Below, piece by piece: positions 1 to 14,689 of a DNA stretch of 64,000 bases; positions within the stretch are counted from its first letter, which is position 1, and each line of letters opens with the position of its first letter. The notes under the pieces were generated by a model. The model was not told the origin of the DNA. It did not search any database and saw only the letters and a list, made by a program, of their open reading frames with translations. The stretch comes from Eledone cirrhosa (Eukaryota): contig OZ024766.1 of NCBI GenBank assembly GCA_964016885.1, positions 10,106,001 through 10,170,000 of the forward strand, written 5' to 3'. The position numbers and the translations under genes were made by a program.

Positions 1-193
1 TATATATATATAATGGTAATACTGTGTGTATATATACATACACATGTGTATGTATATGTACATACATACACACATATATTTATATGCACACAAGTGTATA
101 TATATATATACACACACACACATATATATATGCATACACGTGTATATACACGCATACATATATATATATATATGTATATATATATGTATAATA

Positions 194-230
<37 letters not shown>

Positions 231-360
231 AATATATATATATATAAAAATATATATATATAAAAAAAAATATATATATATATAAAAAAAAAATATATAT
301 ATATATATAAAAAAAAAAATATATATATATATAAAAAAAAAATAGATATATATATATATA

Positions 361-398
<38 letters not shown>

Positions 399-428
399 AT
401 ATTTTTGAGAATGATTCTGATGCTGATC

Positions 429-480
<52 letters not shown>

Positions 481-912
481 CGACAATAATAATAATAATA
501 ATAATAATGGGCATCTGTCTTTAGCTGTTTATATAAGACTATATTTTTCTAGAATAAAAAACCAAAAAACACCCAAGAAAAATATATTTATAAATATATA
601 TATATATATATATAATATATATATAAAATATTAAACAAATAATGAATAAAACAATGAAACAGTTCCTTATATTAAACAAAAAAAGTTCATTATTTAACGA
701 TCGTTTCTAGGATATATATGTGTTAGAATTGGCATGCATATTCAACAGATCTATGTACAAAATTATACAAAATTATACAAACTATCAAGATTAAATATAC
801 ATACCAAACACACATATATATATATAAATATATATATATAAATATATATATATAAATATATATATATATAAATATATTTATATATATATATATATATAAA
901 TATATATATATA

Positions 913-1132
<220 letters not shown>

Positions 1133-1143
1133 TTATATATATT

Positions 1144-1176
<33 letters not shown>

Positions 1177-1195
1177 TTATATATATTTATATATA

Positions 1196-1262
<67 letters not shown>

Positions 1263-1273
1263 TTATATATATT

Positions 1274-1306
<33 letters not shown>

Positions 1307-1325
1307 TTATATATATTTATATATA

Positions 1326-1436
<111 letters not shown>

Positions 1437-1446
1437 TTCTATATAT

Positions 1447-1479
<33 letters not shown>

Positions 1480-1567
1480 AGAAGAAATTAAAAGATGGTT
1501 AAAAAAGTTCCTACATATATATATATATAAAGGTTCCTATATATATATATATATATATAAAAGTTCC

Positions 1568-1659
<92 letters not shown>

Positions 1660-1865
1660 TTGCATGATATGAAATTATGATTGAAGCAAATGTTATATTT
1701 GGGGAGGGTCATATTGTTATAATATTGCCAGAAATAATAACAGTACACACTCACTGTTTGGTTTGGGTTGCTGGCCGCTCCTGTATCTTTTATATCTTCA
1801 TAGTTAATTTATTTGGCAATCAATGTTTATCATTGATTAACGAACAGTTAGAAATATATATATAG

Positions 1866-2099
1866 GGAGGCACATGGCTTAGTGGTTAGAGCATTGGGCT
1901 TGCCATCGAAAGGTTGTGAGTTCAATTCTCAGACCGGGTGATGTGTTGTTTCCTTGAGCAAGACACTTTATTTCACATTGCTCCAGTTTACTCAGCTGTA
2001 GAAATGAGATGATAGGGACTGGGGTCCCTATCATTCCACTGTAAAGTGGTCGTGCAAGCGTGGAACATGGACGTTAAACGATGATGATGATGATGATGA
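1866..2099 (+). mobile_element. tRNA-derived SINE family 1 with an RTE-type tail
   Basis: A box tggcttagtgg, B box gagttcaattc, body ccttgagcaagacacttt, hairpin gatagggac-tggg-gtccctatc, tail ggacgttaaacg(atg)n. Confidence 0.85.
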
Positions 2100-2146
<47 letters not shown>

Positions 2147-2182
2147 ATATGTATATATTTATATATATATATATTATATATA

Positions 2183-2220
<38 letters not shown>

Positions 2221-2464
2221 TATAATATATATATATATATATTATATATATTATATATATAATATATATATATATATATATTATATATATTATATATATA
2301 ATATATATATATATATTATATATATATATATATATTATATATATAATATATATATTAATTATTTATTAAAATATATATATATTAATTATTTATTAAAATA
2401 TATATATATAATATATCTAATATATATATATAATATATATATATATATTATATATATAATATAT

Positions 2465-2507
<43 letters not shown>

Positions 2508-3819
2508 TATTTTATATATATATAATATATAATATATATATATATATATATATTTTATATACACAGTTCAAGAGTAACGAATCTTAAAGAGAGAGATGGA
2601 GATAGGAGAGGAGAGATTGGTGAATTAGTTAGAAGCCAAAGCGTAAAGGCATGTGCTCAATGTGCAATATGCAGTGGAAAGCGGCTAGGTGGCTGGGTTC
2701 ATGCAGAAGTTAGGTGCACAGAGTTGGAAATATTCATTAGTTAAGCAAAACAAGACCACAAATTTCACAAGGAAGACATTATTAAAAGAATTGTCAACAT
2801 ATTTTAGTTTGATGTAAGGAATGTAGAGAATAATAATAATAATATTAATAATGATAATGTCCGTTTACAATTGTTTCACCACTCCATATATTATTTCTGG
2901 ATCAGATGACTATATATCATTATTGATCTGATTCAGTTGAAAATAATTAACATAGTTAAAGACAGAGCGGCTCATCGTAACTTCAAAGGAATATAAATTA
3001 AAATAAGGAGAGAATGTTACATAATGTAATGTTCCATATATTGGTATTTCACTATTACATTATGTATACGTTTGTATGTATATATGTGTGTGTGTACATG
3101 TATGTATATATATGTGTGTGTATGTGTACATGTATGTATATATATGTGTGTGTATGTGTACATGTATGTATATATATGTGTGTGTGTGTACATGTATATA
3201 TATATATGTGTGTGTATGTGTACATGTATGTATATATATGTGTGTGTATGTGTACATGTATGTATATATGTGTGTGTACATGTATATATATGTGTGTGTG
3301 TGTACATGTATGTATATGTGTGTATATATATATGTGTGTGTGTCTGCCATGATGGTATTTGGCTTAATGGCTAAGGTGTATGGCACACTGTGCTCTTGAA
3401 CAAGGTTCTTTATTTCACCTGGCTGCAGCAGTATGTGTTATCATTACAGGGCTGGACTTTTTTCTCACAGCAGTGTTATGCTGAATCTCCCTGAGAATTA
3501 CGTCAGGACTACCCCGGAGATAAATGTGTGTATGTATTAATGGGTGACATTAATGCGTCATTATTTTATATATACTAGCAGAAAAATCACCCTTTGGGTG
3601 ATTTTCTGCTAGCATTTAAAAAAAAAAAAAATTTAGATGGCCGCTGACTCTTATGAGTTCTTCCGCCCTTTGTCAGGTTTTGTTTTTTGTCCTGCAGGGT
3701 GTCCAAAATCACCCTCCTCACCAAATGAACTTGGTTGGGTTGCCAGTTTAGTCGCCGACGACCCGACCATGTGACAAGTTGTACGCATATACACATACAT
3801 ATACATACACATGTATCCA

Positions 3820-4069
3820 TGTAGGTGTCACGACAAAAAACACACAGTCCACGCTGTAATGTGGCCGTGTAGGCAACACGGTAAAAACCTCCCAGTCCAC
3901 ACTGTAAATGTGGTTGGTGTTAGAAAGGGCATCCAGCTGTAGAAAACCCGCCAGACAGTCCTATACGAGCAAGACAACCACTCTTGCTTCAAGTGGGAAA
4001 ACCCCCGTCCAAAACCATGCAAGCGTGGAACTTGGACGTTAAACGATGATGATGATGATGATGATGATG
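3820..4069 (+). mobile_element. RTE LINE 3' UTR fragment
   Basis: Same sequence as the 3' UTR of the 24369 element; ends ggacgttaaacg(atg)n. Confidence 0.85.
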
Positions 4070-4427
4070 TGTAGCGTGTATATTGATATTATACGCAGGT
4101 ATATATACATGTAGATATGATACATCAAATAACATCGTAATTGACAATATACACAGAAATTGAACGAAGACTGCGTTACACTGTCTTATGTAATCAGTAA
4201 CGTAATCCATGATACATTAAAAAAGACGATATTATATATAAACTGCATTAGGAGAAAATTAGTGACAGAAAATTAGAATGCTTATTTAAGCGATCGCCAA
4301 CCGGAAGTGTTGGAATTTCAGAAATTTTAAAGAAATGAATCTTTAAATAAGCTATAAAATATATTTAATCAACAGCCACGAAATTTAGTAGATAAATTAT
4401 GTAATATTCATTCATTATTTCTCCAAA

Positions 4428-4620
4428 GGTGGTGGTTTGGCAGTATCGGTAGAGGGTCGGACAACATGCTTTGTAGCACAGAGTTACGCCCCTTTCTGAT
4501 CTGAGTTCAAATCCTGCCGAGGTTAACTTTGCCTTTCATCCTTACAGGGTCGATAAAATAAAGTACCAGTAATGCACTGGGTAATTGCTGGCCTTGTGCC
4601 AAAAGTAGAAACAATTATTT
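4428..4620 (+). mobile_element. SINE family 2 (Nin/Deu-domain-like core)
   Basis: Head ttggcagtatcggtagag, B-box-like gagttcaaatcc, core gcctttcatcctt...gggtcgataaaataaagtaccag. Domain name is from recall. Confidence 0.78.
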
Positions 4621-4819
4621 CTTCAAAGTAATCCAGCTTATTTTACTAATGGGATAAAAAAAATTATAAACCGTATGCAGTCCTGCAGATCTTCCTTTAT
4701 TATAGTTTAGATTTGTTGAAGAAAAGAAAATGGACTTGAAAATTGGCAGGTATATTTAACAAAACAAGGGAGATAATTCTGTTGATTTTAGAATTAATTT
4801 ACGGTTTTAACTCTTTAGT

Positions 4820-7062
4820 ATTTACATTACTCTATATATACTATTGTATTTTCACTGTAAAGGCTTTACCTCTCATAATATCTCACATAACATTTACATT
4901 ACTCCATATATACTATTGTATTTTCACAGTGAAGGCTTTACCTCACATAATATCTCACATAACATCTACATTACTCTATATATACTATTGTATTTTCACA
5001 GTAAAGGCTTTACCTCACATAATATCTCACATAACATTTACATTACTCTATATATACTATTGTATTTTCACAGTAAAGGCTTTACCTCACATAATATCTC
5101 ACATAACATTTACACTACTCTATATATACTATTGTATTTTCACAGTAAAGGCTTTACCTCACATAATATCTCACATAACATTTACATTACTCTATATATA
5201 CTATTGTATTTTCACATTAAAGGCTTTACCTCACATAATATCTCACATAACATTTACATTACTCTATATATACTATTGTATTTTCACAGTAAAGGCTTTA
5301 CCTCACATAATATCTCACATAACATTTACATTACTCTATATATACTATTGTATTTTCACAGTAAAGGCTTTACCTCACATAATATCTCGCATAACATTTA
5401 CACTACTCTATATATACTATTGTATTTTCACAGTAAAGGCTTTACCTCACATAATATCTCACATAACATTTACATTACTCTATATATACTATTGTATTTT
5501 CACAGTAAAGGCTTTACCTCACATAATATCTCACATAACATTTACATTACTCTATATATACTATTGTATTTTCACAGTAAAGGCTTTACCTTACATAATA
5601 TCTCACATAACATTTACACTACTCTATATATACTATTGTATTTTCACAGTAAAGGCTTTACTTCACAGAATATCTCACATAACATTTACATTACTCTATA
5701 TATACTATTGTATTGTCACAGTAAAGGCTTTACCTCACATAACATTTACATTACTCTATATATACTATTGTATTTTCACAGTAAAGGCTTTACCTCACAT
5801 AATATCTCACATAACATTTACATTACTCTATATATACTATTGTATTGTTACAGTAAAGTCTTTACTTCACATAATACCTCACATAACATTTACATTACTC
5901 TATATATACTATTGTATTGTCACAGTAAAGGCTTTACCTCACATAATATCTCACATAACATTTACATTACTCTATATATACTATTGTATTTTCACAGTAA
6001 AGGCTTTACCTCACATAATATCTCGCATAGCATTTACATTACTCTATATATACTATTGTATTTTCACAGTAAAGGCTTTACCTCACATAATATCTCACAT
6101 AACATTTACATTACTCTATATATACTATTGTATTTTCACAGTAAAGGCTTTACCTCACATAATATCTCACATAACATTTACATTACTCTATATATACTAT
6201 TGTATTTTCACAGTAAAGTCTTTACCTCACATAATATCTCACATAACATTTACATTACTCTATATATACCTATATATACTATTGTATTTTCACAGTAAAG
6301 TCTTTACCTCACATAATATCTCACATAACATTTACATTACTCTATATATACTATTGTATTTTCACAGTAAAGGTTTACCTCACATAATATCTCACATAAC
6401 ATTTACATTACTCTATATATACTATTATATATTCACAGTAAAGTCTTTACCTCACATAATATCTCACATAACATTTACATTACTCTATATATACTATTGT
6501 ATTTTCACAGTAAAGGCTTTACCTCACATAATATCTCACATAACATTTACATTACTCTATATATACTATTATATATTCACAGTAAAGTCTTTACCTCACA
6601 TAATATCTCACATAACATTTACATTACTCTATATATACTATTGTATTTTCACAGTAAAGTCTTTACCTCACATAATATCTCACATAACATTTACATTACT
6701 CTATATATACTATTGTATTTTCACAGTAAAGGCTTTACCTCACATAATATCTCACATAACATTTACATTACTCTATATATACTATTGTATTTTCACAGTA
6801 AAGGCTTTACCTCACATAATATCTCACATAACATTTACATTACTCTATATATACTATTGTATTTTCACAGTAAAGGCTTTACCTCACATAATATCTCACA
6901 TAACATCTACATTACTCTATATATACTATTGTATGTTCACAGTAAAGGCTTTACCTCACATAATATCTCACATAACATTTACATTACTCTATATATACTA
7001 TTGTATTTTCTCAGTAAAGGCTTTACCTCACATAATATCTCACATAGCATTTACATTACTAT
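4820..7062. repeat. 72-bp minisatellite, ~31 copies
   Basis: Unit tttacattactctatatatactattgtattttcacagtaaaggctttacctcacataatatctcacataaca. Confidence 0.97.
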
Positions 7063-7287
7063 AAATAGCAGCCGATTCCTTTACAAATCGTCCCCTGTAA
7101 TTGTTTGATGTGTTTATTTTATATATATATTAATCGACTTTTGATTTAATGTTTTTATGGATATTTATATATATGTATATATATATCATCATCATCATCA
7201 TACGTTCGCTTTTCCCTGCTTGCAAGGGTTGGCCGGGTCCTATTCAGCACAACACCACTTGTCACAGTTCTTCGTCATATATATATA

Positions 7288-7777
7288 TCATCATCATCAA
7301 CGTTTAACGTCCGTGTTCCACGCTTGCATGGGTTTGGACGGGGGTAGTCCCACTTGAGGCAAGAGTGATTGTCTTGGTCGCATAGGACTGTCTGGCAGGT
7401 TTTCTACAGTTGGATGCCCTTCCTAACACCAACCACATTTACAGTGTGGGTCTGGGAGGTTTTTACCGTGTTGCCTACACGGCCACATTACAGCGTGGAC
7501 TGTCTGGCGGGTTTTCTACAGCTGGATGCCCTTCCTAACACCAACCACATTTACAGTGTGGGGCTGGGAGGTTTTTACCGTGTTGCCTACACGGCCACAT
7601 TACAGCGTGGACTGTGTGTTTTTTTTGTCGTGACACCTACACGATCTCATTTGTTTCGGCCTGGATGTTGTGGCACCAACATAACTTTACATAGAACGGG
7701 GTGGTGTGGATGGGGTGGGGGGTGGTGGTGGTGGGACGGGGTGTATTTTGTTAGAGATGCCTACTGGCTGTAGTAGG

Positions 7778-7780
<3 letters not shown>
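7288..7780 (-). mobile_element. RTE LINE 3' UTR fragment with a duplicated ~112-bp module
   Basis: Near-identical to 24369-24750, with one extra module. Confidence 0.85.
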
Positions 7781-7841
<61 letters not shown>

Positions 7842-7998
7842 AAGTTTTATTTAAATTGTTGGGTTACAAGTAAATATTTATAACTGATATAAAAGCACTC
7901 AACAAGTATTTGGAGTATATTTACGATATTAAATAAATGGAAACTATATTTATAAAACCATATTTATTTCATTATATATATTTCAGGGATATCATATT

Positions 7999-8415
7999 AA
8001 AAATATTTATATATATATGTATATATATTTATAATGTATACATATATCATCATAATTGTCCTTTAATGTTAACCTTCCATGCTAGCATGGAAGGTTACAC
8101 AATCATCACACACCCAAACAAACATACATGTCTCTTGTACCCCAAAACATTGTTGATCTTTGACATCTCATTTCCTTATATATATATATATACACTCCTG
8201 AGCATTAAAAATATTTATATATATATGTATATATATTTATAATGTATACATATATCATCATAATTGTCCTTTAATGTTAACCTTCCATGCTAGCATGGAA
8301 GGTTACACAATCATCACACACCCAAACAAACATACATGTCTCTTGTACCCCAAAACATTGTTGATCTTTGACATCTCATTTCCTTATATATATATATATA
8401 TATACACTCCTGAGC
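7999..8415. repeat. Direct tandem duplication of ~207 bp
   Basis: aaaatatttat...acactcctgagca occurs twice. Confidence 0.88.
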
Positions 8416-8569
8416 AGTCGTAGGGTACCATATTCACATGCAGCTTTTGTAGGGTACTTTTAAACCTGGCGGAGCCTATCTCCACTAAGAGTTTGAAGAG
8501 GGCAGATTTCTTCCAGAGATGGGTAGAGGGAGAGAGAGAGAGAGGAAATGAGAAAGAGATATAGAGGCA

Positions 8570-8696
8570 GAATTGACCCCAGTAGTTGACTGGTACCTTT
8601 TTTTATCGACCTTGTATGGATGAAAGACAAAGTTGTTCTCGGCGGGGTTTAAACTCGGAGAGCAGAGTGCCGGAATGAATACTGTAAAGCATTCTA
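8570..8696 (-). mobile_element. Decayed SINE family 2 fragment
   Basis: ctggtac...ttttatcgacc...ggatgaaag is the reverse complement of the core. Confidence 0.6.
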
Positions 8697-8706
8697 TACA
8701 TATATA

Positions 8707-8770
<64 letters not shown>

Positions 8771-8966
8771 TGTATATATATGTGTATGTATGTATGTATG
8801 TATGTATGTATGTATGTATGTATATGTGTATGTATGTATATATATATGTATATATATGTGTATGTATGTATGTATGTATATATGTATGTATGTATGTATA
8901 TATGTATGTATGTATGTATGTATATATATATGTATATATATATATATGTATATATATATGTATATA

Positions 8967-9034
<68 letters not shown>

Positions 9035-9238
9035 TGTATGTATATATATATGTATGTATGTATGTATATATATATGTATGTATGTATGTATATATATATG
9101 TATGTATGTATGTATATATATATGTATGTATGTATATATGTATGTATGTATATATATATGTATGTATGTATGTATGTATATATGTATGTATGTATGTATA
9201 TATGTATGTATGTATGTATGTATATATATATGTATATA

Positions 9239-9306
<68 letters not shown>

Positions 9307-9508
9307 TGTATATATATATGTATGTATGTATGTATATATATATGTATGTATGTATGTATATATATATGTATGTATGTATGTATATATATATGTATGTATG
9401 TATGTATATATATATGTATGTATGTATGTATATATATATGTATGTATGTATGTATATATATATGTATGTATGTATATATATATGTATGTATGTATGTATA
9501 TATGTATG

Positions 9509-9542
<34 letters not shown>

Positions 9543-9544
9543 TG

Positions 9545-9578
<34 letters not shown>

Positions 9579-9590
9579 TGTATGTATGTA

Positions 9591-9622
<32 letters not shown>

Positions 9623-9666
9623 CATATATATGTATGTATGTATGTATGTATATATGTATGTATGTA

Positions 9667-9699
<33 letters not shown>

Positions 9700-9898
9700 A
9701 TATATATGTATGTATATATATATGTATGTATATATATATGTATGTATATATATATGTATGTATGTATGTATATATATATGTATGTATATATATATGTATG
9801 TATGTATGTATATATATATGTATGTATATATATATGTATGTATATATATATTTATATATGTATGTATATATATATGTATGTATATATATATTTATATA

Positions 9899-9936
<38 letters not shown>

Positions 9937-10004
9937 CATATGTATATATATGTATGTATGTATATATGTATGTATGTATGTATATATATATGTATATATA
10001 TATG

Positions 10005-10035
<31 letters not shown>

Positions 10036-11385
10036 GTATGTATATATATATGTATATATATATGTATGTATATATGTATGTATATATATATGTATATATA
10101 TATGTATGTATATATATATGTATATATATGTATATATATATGTATGTATGTATATATATGTATGTATGTATATATATATGTATGTATGTATATACATATG
10201 TATATATATATATATATATATATGTATATACATATGTATATATATATGTCCGGGAGAGATGACCCCTTAGCCTTTGTCAAGGCAGAATTCTAGGAGAAGG
10301 AAAACTCTGATATAACACCTGCAACCCTGATGGTATCCAATGATGTTGACTTGTTCTTCTTTTTGGTAAATATCATCTTGGTTAAGAGAGTGGGACTGGC
10401 TTTGTGCAGTGCCTTTGCTCACTATAAAAGCTTCACGGCACAGGCATTGCTTTATATCTGGAGATCTCTCTGCACTTGTCGTCACATGGTACCATGGGCC
10501 CAGCACTATGTGTCAGTAATTGTCACAAGTGTAGTGTTTGTACCAGAGTTTTCAAGTCGCTGGCTGGACTAAAAAGTCACACTCGTTCAGCGCATCGGTA
10601 GGGGTTCTCCTACATGGATATAAAGTAGTGGCCGTACTCGAAAACGAGTTGGCAGCCACCATATATATATGTATGTATGTATATATATATGTATGTATGT
10701 ATATATATATGTATGTATGTATGTATGTACATATATATGTATGTATGTATGTATATGTATGTATGTATGTATATATATATGTATATATGTATGTATATAT
10801 ATATGTATGTATGTATATATATATGTATGTATGTATGTATATATATATGTATATATATATGTATGTATATATATATGTATATATATGTATATATATATGT
10901 ATATATATATGTATATATATATATATGTATATATATATGTATATATATATGTATATAGATATATATGTATATACATATGTATATATATATGTATGTATGT
11001 ATGTATATATATATGTATGTATGTATGTATATATATATGTATGTATGTATGTATATATATATGTATATATATATGTATATATATATGTATATATATATGT
11101 ATATATATATGTATGTATATATATATGTATATATATATGTATATATATATGTAGATATATATGTATATATATATGTATGTATATATATATGTATATATAT
11201 GTATATATATATGTGTATGTATATATATATATGTATGTATATGTATATATATGTATATATATGTATATATATATGTGTATATATATATGTATATGTATAT
11301 ATATGTATATATATGTGTATATATATATGTATATATATATATATATATATGTATGTATATATATGTATATATATGTATATATATG

Positions 11386-11435
<50 letters not shown>

Positions 11436-11755
11436 CGTATATATATGTATATATATGTATATATATGTATGTATATATATGTATATGTATGTATATATAT
11501 TTATGTATTTATATGTATGTATATGTATGTATATATATGTATATATATGTATATGTATATATATGTATGTATATGTATATGTATATATATGTATGTATAT
11601 GTATATGTATATATATGTATGTATATGTATATGTATATATATGTATATATATGTATGTATATATATATATATATGTATGTATATTTATGTATATATGTAT
11701 GTATATATATATATATGTATGTATATATATGTATATATATGTATGTATATATATG

Positions 11756-11792
<37 letters not shown>

Positions 11793-11889
11793 GTATATAT
11801 ATATATATGCATATATGTATATATATATATATGCATATATGAACATATATATATCTATATATATGTATGTATATATATATGCATATATG

Positions 11890-11927
<38 letters not shown>

Positions 11928-11939
11928 TGCATATATATG

Positions 11940-11977
<38 letters not shown>

Positions 11978-12094
11978 TGCATATATATGTATATATATGT
12001 ATGTATATATATATGTATGTCTATATATATATATGTATGTCTATATATATATGCATATATGTACATATATATACGTATGTATAAATATACATAA

Positions 12095-12150
<56 letters not shown>
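8697..12150. repeat. (TATG)n/(TA)n compound microsatellite interrupted by the 10248 element
   Basis: Directly visible. Confidence 0.97.
10248..10662 (+). mobile_element. Probable bipartite non-autonomous RTE derivative with a C2H2 finger remnant
   Basis: 5' part ctaggagaaggaaaactctg; 10521-10601 translates to [26 protein letters not shown]; both ends resemble 13385-13718. Confidence 0.6.
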
Positions 12151-12154
<4 letters not shown>

Positions 12155-12327
12155 CCAGTAAGATCTTCCGGTCAAATTATATATATGTATATATATATAA
12201 TATATATATAGACATACAACCACACTCCTATGAATGCCCATAGACACACACGTACACACACTACATAGTCAGTACACACCCAAAATAAAGACCTCCCAGT
12301 GTTCCATCCAACATTGTCTCGTTGCAG

Positions 12328-12357
12328 CATGATCAAATTGAGGACGAGGTTGTACAG
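12328..12357 (+). CDS. Candidate 30-nt cassette exon (HDQIEDEVVQ in phase 0)
   Basis: ttgtctcgttgcag acceptor, cag|gtaaac donor, phase 0-0 compatible with exon A. No homology recognised. Confidence 0.25.
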
Positions 12358-12680
12358 GTAAACCATAATTGGATACCTTTGTTTTATTTTAATTTAATTA
12401 CTTAATTATTCATTTATTTATAATCTATTATTATTATTTTTTTGTTAATTACTGCAACCGTTTGTTTATTAAATTTTGGTTTTCATCTTGGGTAGCTTTT
12501 TTTAAAAAAATCACTAACTCCCCCCCCCCCCCCCCCCCCCATCCTCACCCTTTAGAACTGCTCAACTCTAAAATGATGCCCTCGCCTGCACCTTTAACCC
12601 CGCTTGTGGTCAGTTTGATTGGGGCCAAAAACCAGCGTCTGGTTTTAAAATATGAAAAATATATGTCTTCGTTTTGAAGC

Positions 12681-13178
12681 GTTTATATTTATCTAAAAAC
12701 CTTTCAGCATAATTTTAAGATCCTTTGTTAAGTTATGTTCCAAACACCCCTGGCTGTATGATACAAAATTCTTCATTTTAAAGTGTTTATATTTATCTAA
12801 AAACCTTTCAGCATAATTTTAAGATCCTTTGTTAAGTCATGTTCCAAACACCCCTTGTTCTATGATACAAAACTCTTCATTGTAAAGTGTTTATATTTAT
12901 CTAAAAACCTTCCATCACAATTTTATGTAAAAACCTTTGTTAAGTTATTTTCCAAACACCCCTGGTTCTATGATACAAAAGTCTTTGCGTCTTCATGTTA
13001 AAGTGTTTAGAATTATCTAAAAACCTTCCATCATAATTCTAAGTAAGAACCTTTGTTAAGTTATGTTCCAAACACCCCTGGTTTTATGCTAGAAAACTTT
13101 GTTTTAAAGTGTTTAAAATTATCTAAAAACTTTCCATCATAATTTTAAGTAAGAACCTTTCTTAAGTTATGTTCCAAA
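12681..13178. repeat. Degenerate tandem repeat of ~105-120 bp, ~4.5 copies
   Basis: Recurrent ttatctaaaaacctt...cctttgttaagttatgttccaaacacccc. Confidence 0.85.
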
Positions 13179-13384
13179 AATCAACTTGAGTTGATTTTTT
13201 TTCTTCTGAGGTCAACACTGCCTTTTATCTTTTCGAGATGGATAAAGTACCAGTTCTGAAATGGGGTTGATTCTTCTACCGAGGTCATCATTGCTTTTCA
13301 TCCTTTTGAGGTCGATCAAAAATAGTACAAGTCATGTAAGAGGGTTGTCTGTATATATGTTTGTATGTTTGATTGTTAGAAATA

Positions 13385-13718
13385 GTCGGGCTGGATACCC
13401 GATCGCGTGGTCAAACCACTGGGAGTGAAGGACCCCTAGTCTTTATCAGAGCATTCTTCTAAGAGAAGGTAACTCAGGAAACTGGGATAACTCCGATATA
13501 AAACCTGTGGCTCAGTAGTTACTGATGATGTTGATCTTTTCTTCTTTTCGGGTTATAGCTACTGTCGCTCAGAGAGTGGGATTGGCTCAGTGCACAGTCT
13601 TTCCTCACTTTAAAATATATCTTCACACACAGGCATTGCACGATGGAATTAATTAATAATTATTAATAATGGTATATCGTGCAATGCCCATACTCGATAA
13701 CGAGGGGGCAGCCATCAT
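13385..13718 (+). mobile_element. Shorter relative of the 10248 element
   Basis: Shares gacccct(t)ag, tgatgttga..ttcttcttt, agagagtggga.tggct, acaggcattgc and the tactcga.aacgag..ggcagcca tail. Confidence 0.55.
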
Positions 13719-13887
13719 GTATGTTTGTATGCAAAAAGCGAATGCATTAACAACACAGGGAAACAGCACAGTACAATCAAGATAAATATATTAGTTTAAC
13801 GCTTGATAGCAAATACGGTGTAAATTTTAAAGCTGGTTTTCAATCACGTTTACACACACACTCACACATATACACACATATACACCC

Positions 13888-13927
<40 letters not shown>

Positions 13928-14042
13928 AATGGCAGAGGAAACAGTTCTAGTCGTGTAGAAGCCATTTTTCTATTAAGTATTTGTACTCTGCTATGTATTG
14001 AGTACTTTACTTACTGTGGTTACCCCCGATTGAACTGGGATA

Positions 14043-14121
<79 letters not shown>

Positions 14122-14689
14122 GTGTGTGTGTGTGTGTCTATATATAATATATGTTTATATATATAAAAGGAACTCTGGATACATATGCATATATGGACCC
14201 CTTTTTTTCTCCCCTAAAATTCCTTGTGGGATGGTTACCACCCTGAAATAATGGACCTTTCTGCCACCTAAACTTTTTTGTGGAATTGTCACCTACTCTG
14301 AAGTTAAGGAACTTTCGATACATATGCCTTTCTTGTCCCCTTTTTTTGTCCCCTAAAATTCCTTGGGAGCTGGTCACCTCTGCTGCGAGGGCCCCTTATC
14401 TCCTACGAAACTGTCATGTTTGAACTTTAACCTTTATTTTTCACCCCTTTGGCATTGTTTTAGCATTCAGCATTTAGATACCAGATGTAGTTGGCTATGT
14501 ATAGTGTAGTGGAATTGTTGTGCATGTAAAGAGTTGATTATGCTGCTCTGCCACCGCCGCTGCTGCTGCTGTTGTTGTTGTTTGTTAGATTGTAGTTGTT
14601 GTTTAGCCCTAGGTCAGTCTCGGTCCAGCAGATACACCCACCATAGATCTATGATCAAATTAAGATGATCCAGCTAGGACTGTGACCAT

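Noticed and set aside
1866-1940. tRNA gene
   Set aside because: The A/B boxes run into a SINE body and LINE-type tail and recur in four copies.
4711-4749. 39-nt AG...GT segment (FVEEKKMDLKIG)
   Set aside because: Open only in phase 2-2, incompatible with phase-0 exon A; no recognisable homology.
4743-7064. 773-aa ORF and other long repetitive ORFs (14711, 15141, 38660, 52341, 52450, 57150)
   Set aside because: Translations of stop-free tandem units whose length is a multiple of 3; open in several frames and intronic.
8603-12152. Y/I/M/C/V/H/T-rich ORFs here and across the window
   Set aside because: Microsatellite translation artefacts.
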